Source: Acholeplasmataceae bacterium (GTDB lineage Bacteria; Bacillota_I; Bacilli_A; Acholeplasmatales; Acholeplasmataceae). Taken from it: a stretch of DNA of 64,000 nucleotides. The stretch's first letter is position 1. Each line of letters begins with the position of its first letter. The position numbers were made by a program, and so were the translations under genes. Shown piece by piece: positions 32,249 to 42,787 of the stretch. The DNA lies in NCBI GenBank assembly GCA_963667565.1, contig OY763415.1, forward strand, positions 1,664,001-1,728,000, read 5' to 3'. Below the pieces are notes generated by a model. It was not told where the DNA came from and searched no databases. It saw nothing but the letters and a program-made list of their open reading frames with translations.

Positions 32249-32364
32249 TATAATAATTAATAAAGTTTTAGACAAAATGATATAACAACATAGTAAAAGC
32301 AAAATTGGGGAATGATTGCACTTATAAGTTGAAATATACGCGACATTTAAGTGTTGCGTTTTTT
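32246..32364 (+). ncRNA. Repeated promoter-hairpin-terminator element, copy A
   Basis: TGA-TATAAT (32246-32254); core AATTGGGGAATGATTGCACTT (32303-32323); terminator ACGCGACAT-TTAA-GTGTTGCGT-TTTTT (32338-32364). Confidence 0.6.
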
Positions 32365-32385
32365 CATTTAAAAAATGGTGGGATA

Positions 32386-35300
32386 ATGAAAAACATTATA
32401 AAAAATATAATTGAACACAATAAAAAGAATTTTTTATTTCTTTTGGATGCTCCTACGGGTTTAGGCAAAACAGAAGCATCATTGGATTTCATGAAAGAAT
32501 TTCTAGAAAATAAAATTGATACTGATAAAAAACAAATAATATTTATAACTAATCTAAAGAAAAATTTGCCATATGAAAGATTTATTCACAAATATAGTAT
32601 GTATGCTAATGCAATATTAAATTTAAAACCCAATTCAGATATTGTAATTGAAAATTTCATTAAAATCAAAGAATTAATTCCATCAACAATTAAAAAGAGT
32701 GAAGAATATAAAGAATTGGATTCAGACCTTAAGCAATTAAATTTAGAGAACGACGAATCTAAAAGATTTATAACAAGTAAAATAGAAAGAATCTCAGAAC
32801 CAAATTTTAGAAAAATGATTAAGAAAACATTATTTCAGGAGCAAAAAGATAAAGAGGAGGTATATAAAAAAAACTTGTGGTTAAAAGCAATTTATCCCGC
32901 TTCAAATTTAAGTGAATTCAAAATTATTTTTTTATCAACAGATAAATTTTTATCACCAATAGATCCAATTTGGAAAAAGCCTTATTATTTTTATGAAAAA
33001 ACATTCATAAAAAATATTATATTAATTATTGATGAATACGATTCAAGTAAGAAAACATTTTTGAATCATATTATTGATGATGGGCTTTTAAGAGAAATTG
33101 ATTTGATACAATTGTTTAGTCAAATCTATCTTTCGTTAAAACATAAAATGCTCCCCAATGATTTTTATAAGGCATCTAAGCAAACAATCAATAACTCAAT
33201 CCATAAAGAGAACGCCATACATTTTATTGTCGATAAAAATATTGAAGTGTTTGAAAACGTATATAATAAGTATCATCTTAAGTATGTATTTAAAGCAAAA
33301 GACTTAACAAAAAAAGCCTTTATTTTTAATGATAAACATTCACAATTGGTAACAAATCAATATAAAAAAGGTAATTTATATGCACACTTTGATGCAGAAT
33401 CCAATTCTAATATAATTATTAAGTCAAGCAATGATAATAGTGAATCTTTACCAATTATTTTGAAAGATATTAGATGGGCATTAATCCATTTCATAAATGG
33501 TATACGAATTATTGCAAATAATTATTATGAATACCAAATAGATTTTCATGTTGACAACAAAAAAGATAAGGTAACAAAACAAGAGTCAATTTATTCTGTA
33601 TTGGATCTATTTAATCTCGATAAAAGATATAAAGAGATACTTTTCAACAAAGTATTACTAGGAAATCTAAGCGAAGGTTTTGATTTAACAAACCCATATA
33701 GTTTTTATAAACAAGGTATTAACTTCATCGAAATAGAAGATGGTAATGATCATGATTTGCAATCTAAGTTCCACTTATTTGATTTTAATACCACACCTGA
33801 AAAAATATTATTAGAGTTAGCAAACACATCTATGGTTATTGGCTTATCAGCGACAGCTAAAATTCCGACAATAGTTGGTAACTTTGATAATGAATATCTT
33901 AAAAACGAATTAAAAGATCATTTCATTGAATTAAAAGATCATCATTATGAAACGATTCGTAGACAATTTAATGACTTACAATTAAATTACATCAAACAAA
34001 AAATGCACATAGAGATTATAGATGCATATAACCAGCTGGAGCATAATGATATTATTGATAAAATAACTACAGAATGTAATTTAGATATAAGTAAATGGAG
34101 CACAGATCCTCAAATAGAGAAATATTATTTAGAAGTTTGTTTAAAAGTAGCAAAAGCATATTTTGATTTCTCAAATAGTTCTAAAAGCGTTGCAGGTATA
34201 TGCTTTTTAAATGGCTTTTTCAGTGAAGATTCAAATTATGATGTATTGATATTATCTGATTTATTAAAGCAAATTCAACATAATAATCAGGTAGATATTG
34301 AATACTTCAAATTGACCTCTCAAAACTTTGATGAAGAGTTATTAAAAATACATAATAAAATAATTAACGAGGGTAAAGGATTTGTTTTAACAACATATAA
34401 TACAGTTGGATTAGGAAAAAATATTCAATTACAAAGGAACATAAATGGTGTTAAAATCGAACAAGATTTCGACTTTATTTATTTACTAGAACCTACAAAT
34501 ATAATCAGTGATATTTATGCTGATTCCGATAATAAATACAAAGATTTATCAAGAGTTCTATTTGAACAAGAGTATCTAAAAAGAAGCGGCTCTATTAGTA
34601 AAAACAAATTTATAAAAAATATAGAAAATGCTTTTAGGATGACACTTCGACATGATAAAAGCTATATAAATAAAATGAACAAGGACAACTCAATACATGT
34701 TTCTCAAATTATTATTCAAGCTATTGGAAGAATTACGAGATCTAGAACTCCTAATACTCAAACAACGATATTACTAGATAATGCGGTTGTCAAACATATG
34801 CAAGCTGCAGAAAATCATTTAAATTATGACTTTCTAAATTGGTATGTAAGAAAAATATTATCATTGAAAATTGCTCAAAATGTTATGGACAATAAGACAT
34901 TTACAGATATAAATAGAAGTGCATCATTAAGAATCGAAAAATTAAGTTATAAACTTCGAACAAAAAGCAATGCAGCTAGAGAAGAATGGAGAAGATTAAA
35001 AGATTATATATTGAAAAATCCAACAACAGATTTTCCACTTTTAGAATACAAAAATTTATATATAGAAATGCCGGAAAGAGTTGATAAGTATTGGTACCAA
35101 TACATTAATTCTTTTGCAGTTAAGAATCTTTCTTTGAGTGATTTTACAGATTATAGTGAAGTTTCTGATGAAAGTTGCGAATTAATTAAAATGGTTGAAA
35201 ACAATCTAATAAAAGAGGAATTCGAAAATGAAAAAATTCCTACTAAATTCTATAGAGGAAAGCACATAATTCTACCATCAGTTTACCAACAAACTTATTT

Positions 35301-35667
35301 AGGTGCATTGGGAGAAAAAATATTAGAAACCATCGTATATTTATATACAGGAGAAAAACTACAAGAAGTAAAAAATTATAAAGTATATGAATATGCAGAT
35401 TTCCAGATTGGTAATATTTATGTAGATGTAAAGCACTGGAAAAATTATCGTATTGATGACAAGGATTACAAAAATAGAATTGAGAGAAAAATATTAGAAA
35501 TTAAGGAAGTTGAAAGATTTATTTTTCTTAATTTATTTAAAAGAGGAGACCACACTGTAAATGAAACTATCGATGAGAAAATTATAACTATTCCATATAT
35601 ATTTGATGATAATGGGAAATTAGATGATGAAATGGTGAATAAATTCTTAAATTTGATACAAATGTAA
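32386..35667 (+). CDS. Large SF2 helicase with C-terminal PD-(D/E)xK nuclease (Hna-like architecture; candidate anti-phage protein)
   Basis: APTGLGKT, IIDEYD, GLSATA, QAIGRITR; C-terminal GALGE...ADF...YVDVKHW. Confidence 0.75.
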   Translation: MKNIIKNIIEHNKKNFLFLLDAPTGLGKTEASLDFMKEFLENKIDTDKKQIIFITNLKKNLPYERFIHKYSMYANAILNLKPNSDIVIENFIKIKELIPSTIKKSEEYKELDSDLKQLNLENDESKRFITSKIERISEPNFRKMIKKTLFQEQKDKEEVYKKNLWLKAIYPASNLSEFKIIFLSTDKFLSPIDPIWKKPYYFYEKTFIKNIILIIDEYDSSKKTFLNHIIDDGLLREIDLIQLFSQIYLSLKHKMLPNDFYKASKQTINNSIHKENAIHFIVDKNIEVFENVYNKYHLKYVFKAKDLTKKAFIFNDKHSQLVTNQYKKGNLYAHFDAESNSNIIIKSSNDNSESLPIILKDIRWALIHFINGIRIIANNYYEYQIDFHVDNKKDKVTKQESIYSVLDLFNLDKRYKEILFNKVLLGNLSEGFDLTNPYSFYKQGINFIEIEDGNDHDLQSKFHLFDFNTTPEKILLELANTSMVIGLSATAKIPTIVGNFDNEYLKNELKDHFIELKDHHYETIRRQFNDLQLNYIKQKMHIEIIDAYNQLEHNDIIDKITTECNLDISKWSTDPQIEKYYLEVCLKVAKAYFDFSNSSKSVAGICFLNGFFSEDSNYDVLILSDLLKQIQHNNQVDIEYFKLTSQNFDEELLKIHNKIINEGKGFVLTTYNTVGLGKNIQLQRNINGVKIEQDFDFIYLLEPTNIISDIYADSDNKYKDLSRVLFEQEYLKRSGSISKNKFIKNIENAFRMTLRHDKSYINKMNKDNSIHVSQIIIQAIGRITRSRTPNTQTTILLDNAVVKHMQAAENHLNYDFLNWYVRKILSLKIAQNVMDNKTFTDINRSASLRIEKLSYKLRTKSNAAREEWRRLKDYILKNPTTDFPLLEYKNLYIEMPERVDKYWYQYINSFAVKNLSLSDFTDYSEVSDESCELIKMVENNLIKEEFENEKIPTKFYRGKHIILPSVYQQTYLGALGEKILETIVYLYTGEKLQEVKNYKVYEYADFQIGNIYVDVKHWKNYRIDDKDYKNRIERKILEIKEVERFIFLNLFKRGDHTVNETIDEKIITIPYIFDDNGKLDDEMVNKFLNLIQM

Positions 35668-35806
35668 TTGGTTAGGATTAGACTAAAATATATTATTTTC
35701 AAGATTTATGTGATTTATAGATTGAGAAATGAAACTAGATAGATAATAGGGTTTAAAATTTAGTATGGAGAAGTATACTAACATCACATTATAGATTGGG
35801 GAAAAA

Positions 35807-38800
35807 ATGAAAAATTATAAGATTTGTCCAAAATGCTATAGAATACACGATGGCGATGATATTAAATGTAAATTTAAAGATTGTGAATATTCTTTAGAAA
35901 ATGTGCAATTTGCTACACAAAATGAATTAGTTGAGAATAAAAAGCAAAAAATAATTAATAAATATATCGAAGAAATTGATGATGTAATAGCGGTAAGTAA
36001 GTCTTCATCTAATATTATTGATGTTTATAGAGGTAGGATTCTATTAGAATTACTCCAAAATGCCCATGATGCAGCAGTAAATCATAGAGATAAAGACTCA
36101 TATGTCAAAATAACATTTTTCGATGGAGTTTTAGAGTTTTATAATAGTGGTACACCATTTCACTATGACGGGGTTAGAAGTTTGTTCACTCCACATTTTT
36201 CGATTAGAGAATTTGAAGATGAAGATACGGATGATCATGAGAAAAAGAACGAAGACTATATTGGTCATTTTGGTCTTGGATTTAGATCTATTTTGAATTG
36301 GGGAAATGAAATAAGTATTATCAGTACATCGGGGCTTTCTATTCATTATTCGCCAAAAAATGTGCTTGATATGCAAAAACGGGTTAAAGAAAATCAAGAT
36401 CAGTATAATAGGATAATTGGATTTGCAGATGGTAGCAAAAGTACACTATTTGAAAAATATCCAATACCTCTTTTGACTGCTCCATCAATTATTGATGATA
36501 AAATTAAAGATGATAAATATGATACAATGATAAGAATTGTTTGTTTTGAAGATAAATATGATGAAATATATGAAGAATTATCAAAGTTTAGTAGTCAAGA
36601 TGTTGCATTCTTAAATATATTCAAAGAAATTATTATTCAAACTGAACATATAAATAAAACCATAAATCGGAAAAAACTTAATGTCTCTGAAATCATTATT
36701 AATGATGAGAAAATTCAAAAAAGTGTTATTTCATTTCTCACGGGTAGCATTCTTGATACTTATACTAGATTTAAAATATCAGGTTATAATAATGATTTAG
36801 GTATGATATATAATTGTGCAATTGCTTTTTCAAATCATGACTTGGAAAAAAATAATATAAGCATCTATTTTAAAACAAAACATGAAAACAAATTCCCCTT
36901 TTTAGTACATGGGTCATTTGATCTTAGGGAAGATCGCGAATATATAAAAGAAACGCCTAATACCTTATATGTTTTTGAAAAATTATCAAAACTTATAGTT
37001 GATGTAATTCTAAACGAAAAACTAAACCTTGATCATGTAAATTATGAGGCATTAGAGATGCTTGTTTGTGATACTGATTTCTTTCCGTTTAGTCAAACCT
37101 ATAGGTTTTATATGGATTATATAAAGAAACAAAAATGTTTTCCAACCGTAAATAATAAGTATAGATTGAATGATTCTTCTAATGTATTAGTCTTCCCATT
37201 TAATGAACCTAGATTATCTTTAATTTTAAAAGGCAACAAATTTGATGATTTACTAATCTTTACAGAGAACGAAAAAATAATCAGTTTTTTAAAGTTACTT
37301 GATGTTGAATTTTATACACAAAATCATTTAGCGGATTTAATTGATGAAACTATATTAAACTATACATTAGAAGATAAAACTAAACTTATTTACTATTTTA
37401 TTAAGATATTTAATAAAACTAGTGATAACTACCCGAAGCTTATTGTAGATACAAATAATCAAAGCGTTCTAGACTCTAATGGTCTATTTAATCTTCCAAC
37501 CACACAGGAATTAAGAGAACTACCTGAGTTTATTCAATTAAAATTTATTAATGAAAAAATGTGGAATGATTTGCAATCAAATGAATGTTTTAATATAACT
37601 AGTGTTAATAAAGTTAGAGGTTTATTAGAAAGAATTGAACCTTTTGGCGTAGATGAATATAGTTTCACGAAGATTTTTCCTCTGATAAAAAAAGAGTTTG
37701 AAAGTCAAACTATTACTAATGATCAAAAAAAGGTCGTCATCAAGTGGTTACAAAAATATCTAATTAACAACATTGAAAATTTTTCATCTGTTTTTCCAAT
37801 TTTGCAAAAAGAAATGTCTGATTCAAATTATGGGGAAGTTTTTATAAAAGAAAATCATCAATGGCTTTTTGATTTATTTTCTAATCATCAAGAGGTTAAA
37901 GAATATCGCGAATCTAAAAATATAATTGTTTTATGTAAAGTAAAGAAGAAAATAGTATTATCAGATGCTATAAACACTTATTTTCCAGATTATTATGATA
38001 ATAAAGTGGGTTATGCCTTATTAAAATACGCTGATGTTGACTTTTTGGCTGGCACTTCATATTATGGTTTTAAAAACACTGATTTGAATCTAATTAAAGA
38101 ATATTTTATATGGTTGGGTGTTAATATATTTCCGAAAAAAATAATTATAGATATAAAAAATACAGATTTCCTTGAATATGGAAAGTATTGCTTTGGTTCA
38201 GATTACGACACCTTATTGAAAGATAAATTTAGTATAAGCAATTTAGGAAGAGTTGAAACAATTCAAAATATTGATACTATTTTAACCAAATCGAACTTTA
38301 ATGAAATTATGTATTGGTTGTTATTGATGGATGGTAAAGAAAAATCATTTTTATCAAATGAAAATGAAACTTATCCAGATTCATTTCTTAATTATTACTA
38401 CGCATATAGTCAAAATTATCAAAGAAAAGATACGTTAAGAAAGACATATAAACAGCTTAAAAATTATATTAGATATAAATTCTATACCGCAAAATGGTTA
38501 GAAGTAGAAGACTCAAACATTAAAATTGCTCCCAAATCAGCCACATTTTCCACATATGGTTTGGCTCCAATGTTTTATAAACCTAAAATTGATTATAGAC
38601 ATTTCAGTAAAATAAACCTTAGCTGGACAGAAGAAAAAATTAATACAATTTTGGTAGATATTGGAGTTAATTCACGGATTGGTTTATTGGATGAAAGAAG
38701 AAAGTATAAGTTGTTAAGTAATTTGGAAGAATTAGATAAAACTTGTAGGTTTACTAGATCAATTTATAATGAAGTAATTAAAGATAACGAAACCAGTGTA

Positions 38801-40786
38801 GAAGAACTTAATAAAAGTCTTTTTAATACTGAAGAATACATAGATTTTATAAATAATGGAAAAATTGCTGTGATTAAAAATTATAGGAAACAATATGTTC
38901 CTGTAAAAGAATCATATTATGCAGATAATCGAGAACTTTGCGAAGGTATCACTAAAAATATAAACATATTGGATTTGGAATTGAGAAAAGGTGTTGATCA
39001 AGTGACAACGATACTTGGAACACAAAAACTTCAAGACTTTGATATTAAATTTGTGAATGAACCCAAATGGAGTGAGTTAAATCAAGAGTTTAAAGAGAAA
39101 TATTTAGAGCTACTCCCCTTTATTATTGTAAAAAGAAATCAAAAAATTAAGAATATAAAACCCGAGATTGCGAAATTAAAAAATTGCGAAGTTAAATTAA
39201 TTTTAAATGAAACAATTAGTTATAAAGTGGATAACGAAACAATTAAATACCAGTTAGAGGACTTTGAATACATCTATTTTGATAAGTTAAATAAAGGATA
39301 TATTGTTGCACCAACTAGATTTAAAACGTGCGAAGATTTGTTTAATAATCGAGAGTTTGCTGATTCGTTAGCAGAACTCATTACTTTAATTTTAGGCGTA
39401 TATGATGGGAAAGAAAGTTATAGAGAATTTATAGGCTTATCAAACGAGGATAGAGAAAGAACAGTAATAAAAGACTATAATTTGAATGGAATAGAAATCC
39501 TTCAAACAATACGAATAGAATTTAATATCACTATGAGTAGAAAAACTATATTTTGGAATACAATCAAGCAGTTAATTGGAAAAAACAAATTTGCAGGTAT
39601 TTCTAAACAATATATTGATAATGATAATATTAATTATGAAGATTATTCAGATATAAATAATATTCAACTGTTTATGCAGCTGTTTCAACAAATTAAATTG
39701 GATTTCGATCAATTTAATTCAAATTGCAAATATCAAATTAGATCTGAAAAATACTGGCAAGAGAACTATGAAATAATTAAAAATAAATATAAAGATAATT
39801 ATAAATCTTATCTATATTTGCAAAGAATATTTAATATAAAATCAATGGAAGATGTACAAAAATTTTATAAAGATGTACAAGATTTTCAATTTAGTAGATT
39901 TTCAACTTATAATTCTCCTTTAAAATCACCAATATCTGAGTATTTATATAATACATTTAAAGTTAACTTAAAAACATTAGAAAAGGAAGAAGTGCTTGAT
40001 TTTGACACTATTATTCAAACCAATATAAATCAATATAATAATGACCATCCAGAAAAGTATCATAAAATTGTTAAGATAAAAGCTAAAGAAGAGATTATGC
40101 GTTTTGCACTATTAAATAAAATTGATTTACTAGAAATAAATGAAAATAGCAATGAAGATAAGTCAAAAAATGCAAAAGCCATATTAATCAATTATAATGA
40201 ACTTGATGATGAAGCTGATAGAGCGTCCAAAGCACACCAAATCAATGCCGATAACATTCAATCAATGATTAGTAAAGATAATAAGTCTAATAAAGATAAT
40301 GAGAATCATTTACCGAAATCTAACAGTTCTGATGCAGATGATATTAACCAAAGAAAACTGGAAAATGGTTATTTGGCAGAAAGGTTTGTTTATAATCAAT
40401 TAGTAAATGAAATGGAAGATTATAATGTAAAATGGATATCTAAATACTCTTATTATGGTATAGGTAATAAAGAATATAACGATAATGCTCACTATGATAT
40501 AGAATACTATGACAAAAATGGTAAACATCATTATATCGAAGTTAAATCATCAAGTGATGCGAATATTAGAATTGAAATATCGAAAGAAGAGGTTGAGTTT
40601 GGACTTTCACATAAACAAGAATATGACATATATTATATTCGTATAAAAGAAAGAAAAATTCAAAGTGATCCGAGTAAATTTGAAAAGATTTTTGTCTTTG
40701 ATAAACTACAAAATTTCTTAGAAAACGATAAGTTTTCTGTTGATTACAAAACATTCATACTTAAGGGAAAGATTAAGAAAAATTAA
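35807..40786 (+). CDS. Sacsin-like GHKL ATPase with C-terminal DUF3883/NOV-type nuclease domain and N-terminal Cys cluster
   Basis: ELLQNAHDA, YNSGTPF and IGHFGLGFRS (GHKL); GYLAERFVY...YDIEY...YIEVKSS (DUF3883); N-terminal CPKC...CKFKDC. Confidence 0.8.
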   Translation: MKNYKICPKCYRIHDGDDIKCKFKDCEYSLENVQFATQNELVENKKQKIINKYIEEIDDVIAVSKSSSNIIDVYRGRILLELLQNAHDAAVNHRDKDSYVKITFFDGVLEFYNSGTPFHYDGVRSLFTPHFSIREFEDEDTDDHEKKNEDYIGHFGLGFRSILNWGNEISIISTSGLSIHYSPKNVLDMQKRVKENQDQYNRIIGFADGSKSTLFEKYPIPLLTAPSIIDDKIKDDKYDTMIRIVCFEDKYDEIYEELSKFSSQDVAFLNIFKEIIIQTEHINKTINRKKLNVSEIIINDEKIQKSVISFLTGSILDTYTRFKISGYNNDLGMIYNCAIAFSNHDLEKNNISIYFKTKHENKFPFLVHGSFDLREDREYIKETPNTLYVFEKLSKLIVDVILNEKLNLDHVNYEALEMLVCDTDFFPFSQTYRFYMDYIKKQKCFPTVNNKYRLNDSSNVLVFPFNEPRLSLILKGNKFDDLLIFTENEKIISFLKLLDVEFYTQNHLADLIDETILNYTLEDKTKLIYYFIKIFNKTSDNYPKLIVDTNNQSVLDSNGLFNLPTTQELRELPEFIQLKFINEKMWNDLQSNECFNITSVNKVRGLLERIEPFGVDEYSFTKIFPLIKKEFESQTITNDQKKVVIKWLQKYLINNIENFSSVFPILQKEMSDSNYGEVFIKENHQWLFDLFSNHQEVKEYRESKNIIVLCKVKKKIVLSDAINTYFPDYYDNKVGYALLKYADVDFLAGTSYYGFKNTDLNLIKEYFIWLGVNIFPKKIIIDIKNTDFLEYGKYCFGSDYDTLLKDKFSISNLGRVETIQNIDTILTKSNFNEIMYWLLLMDGKEKSFLSNENETYPDSFLNYYYAYSQNYQRKDTLRKTYKQLKNYIRYKFYTAKWLEVEDSNIKIAPKSATFSTYGLAPMFYKPKIDYRHFSKINLSWTEEKINTILVDIGVNSRIGLLDERRKYKLLSNLEELDKTCRFTRSIYNEVIKDNETSVEELNKSLFNTEEYIDFINNGKIAVIKNYRKQYVPVKESYYADNRELCEGITKNINILDLELRKGVDQVTTILGTQKLQDFDIKFVNEPKWSELNQEFKEKYLELLPFIIVKRNQKIKNIKPEIAKLKNCEVKLILNETISYKVDNETIKYQLEDFEYIYFDKLNKGYIVAPTRFKTCEDLFNNREFADSLAELITLILGVYDGKESYREFIGLSNEDRERTVIKDYNLNGIEILQTIRIEFNITMSRKTIFWNTIKQLIGKNKFAGISKQYIDNDNINYEDYSDINNIQLFMQLFQQIKLDFDQFNSNCKYQIRSEKYWQENYEIIKNKYKDNYKSYLYLQRIFNIKSMEDVQKFYKDVQDFQFSRFSTYNSPLKSPISEYLYNTFKVNLKTLEKEEVLDFDTIIQTNINQYNNDHPEKYHKIVKIKAKEEIMRFALLNKIDLLEINENSNEDKSKNAKAILINYNELDDEADRASKAHQINADNIQSMISKDNKSNKDNENHLPKSNSSDADDINQRKLENGYLAERFVYNQLVNEMEDYNVKWISKYSYYGIGNKEYNDNAHYDIEYYDKNGKHHYIEVKSSSDANIRIEISKEEVEFGLSHKQEYDIYYIRIKERKIQSDPSKFEKIFVFDKLQNFLENDKFSVDYKTFILKGKIKKN

Positions 40787-41216
40787 ATCAATATTTATTT
40801 TGCTTAATAAGAAATCATTATTGTCGAGGTTGAAACAAACTCGATTTCTAGAGAGTATTGACTAATAATCAATAAATGAGAATAAATTTAATAAAAGCAC
40901 TATTAGTTTTTGCTATATACATATCGGGGATATAGAGCTGACTATATCAAAATTAAATGGGTATTAATTCAATGCATAATAAGCATAATTGAAAATATAC
41001 ACAGATCTTTTTAACTATATGGATTATTTAGTGAATAGAAGTTGATTTTTTGATGAATCTATAATAGTAATTATAACTAAGTTTATATCTTAATAAAATA
41101 ACAAGAATAATGTTAGATTGCTTTATTATTATAAAGATCTAAACTAAAGATTAAGTCAAATAAAGACGGTTTTGTGGTAAAATAAATCAATATCAAATTA
41201 GAATATTGGTGACAAC

Positions 41217-42098
41217 ATGAAAAAGGGTTATGTATACTCTATAGGATCACATCTCGTATGGGGGATATTACCACTATACTGGGCATTGTTTAAAGAAATA
41301 TCATCATTAGAATTATTATTCTTAAGAATAGTATTAACAATGCTGACATTAATTTTAATTGTTCATTTAATTAAAAAACCTATTTACTTATCATATTTAA
41401 AAAATCCAAAAGTGGTTAAACAATTATTGTTAAGCGGATTACTCATTTCTATTAACTGGTTTGTTTTTGTTTACGCCGTTGGGTCAAATCAAGTATTACA
41501 AGCATCTTTAGGTTATTATATAGGGCCTTTGTTTACGGTCTTAATAGGTGTTCTATATTTAAAAGAAAAGCCAACTAAAGTACAATATACTGCATTTATA
41601 TTAGTAGGGTTAGCTTTGATTTATATATTAATTAATAATGATACATCCTGGATTGCTTTTAGTGTTGCAATTAGTTTTAGTCTTTATGGATTCTTAAAGA
41701 AGAGATATCATTTAGATTCAATGAACTCATTACTTTTAGAATCCATGTTTGTCCTACCTGTGATGTCTATCATGCTTTGGTATACATCTACTCATTCAGG
41801 ATCAACATTAAATCAAATCATTTCAATCCAAGGTTTATTTATTGTCTTTGCAGGTATCTTAACTATTATTCCATTAGTGCTTTTTGCTGAAGGAGCAAAA
41901 CAATTACCACTATACATGGTGGGGATTATCCAATATATTACACCTACGATGTTTTTATTAGTTGGGGTTCTGGTTAATAAAGAACCATTTACACAAGTAG
42001 AAGTCATCGCGTTTGGTCTTATATGGATTGCGTTAATCTTAAATTTTTCTACGATATACAGACAAGAACAGATAACAATAGTAACTGATTCAATTTAA
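41217..42098 (+). CDS. rarD: EamA-family transporter RarD
   Basis: WGILPLYW, INWFVFVYAV, ASLGYYIGP and GIIQYITPT motifs. Confidence 0.85.
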   Translation: MKKGYVYSIGSHLVWGILPLYWALFKEISSLELLFLRIVLTMLTLILIVHLIKKPIYLSYLKNPKVVKQLLLSGLLISINWFVFVYAVGSNQVLQASLGYYIGPLFTVLIGVLYLKEKPTKVQYTAFILVGLALIYILINNDTSWIAFSVAISFSLYGFLKKRYHLDSMNSLLLESMFVLPVMSIMLWYTSTHSGSTLNQIISIQGLFIVFAGILTIIPLVLFAEGAKQLPLYMVGIIQYITPTMFLLVGVLVNKEPFTQVEVIAFGLIWIALILNFSTIYRQEQITIVTDSI

Positions 42099-42196
42099 GC
42101 ATTGTTTATACTACAATGATTAAGAAGTAACAGATATAAAATGCATTGCCTGTAATACAGGTCATTTATTCTTTCATTTAGTTTTTAAAATTATAA

Positions 42197-42328
42197 TTGT
42201 CAAAATTAAAATAAACAAGTATAATTAAGATATAAATCATATGCATCAAGAATTGCAATTAGGGGAATGAGTGCACTTGAAATGTAAGTTATACATGAAG
42301 ACGACATTTTAGTGTCGTCTTTTCTTTT
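42197..42328 (+). ncRNA. Repeated promoter-hairpin-terminator element, copy B
   Basis: TTGTCA-17-TATAAT (42197-42225); core AATTAGGGGAATGAGTGCACTT (42257-42278); terminator AAGACGACAT-TTTA-GTGTCGTCTT-TTCTTTT. Confidence 0.6.
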
Positions 42329-42369
42329 ATGAATGGCAGTTTATATCTATAAAATGAGAGGTTAAGTAC

Positions 42370-42633
42370 ATGAGAAAATTAATAATGTTTGTATTTTTTG
42401 TATTAAGTTTAGTAGCAATTATTGGAATTACAATGTCTTTAAATGATTTGCTATCTTTTTTAAACTTAGGAAATATGAGTTTAGAAGATATTCAAAATCT
42501 ATTTGAGACAAGTACTGTTGAAGAAATTATCCAAGAATTGGGGACAATCATATATACACTCATGCAAGTATATGGAATACCTATCATTACTTTTTTAATA
42601 AGTCTAAATGGTATGGCGATTAGCAAAAGATAA
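42370..42633 (+). CDS. Small hypothetical membrane protein
   Basis: 87 aa, two hydrophobic segments; RBS GAGAGG. Confidence 0.65.
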   Translation: MRKLIMFVFFVLSLVAIIGITMSLNDLLSFLNLGNMSLEDIQNLFETSTVEEIIQELGTIIYTLMQVYGIPIITFLISLNGMAISKR

Positions 42634-42787
42634 CATATTTAATATTCGAATCATTAGTCTTTTTATATTTCTTATAAATGATAGACTGATCTAATATTAA
42701 GTGATATACTAACAACAAACGGTCGAATTGAAATATATATAACTATTTCAATCAAAAATCAACTTAAGGATTAGTGTGAGAAAAAAT

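Noticed and set aside
32305..32385. Longer TTG-start N-terminus for the helicase-nuclease (similarly 9279, 21350, 61086)
   Set aside because: These extensions run through promoter/terminator elements or upstream genes; downstream ATGs have proper RBSs.
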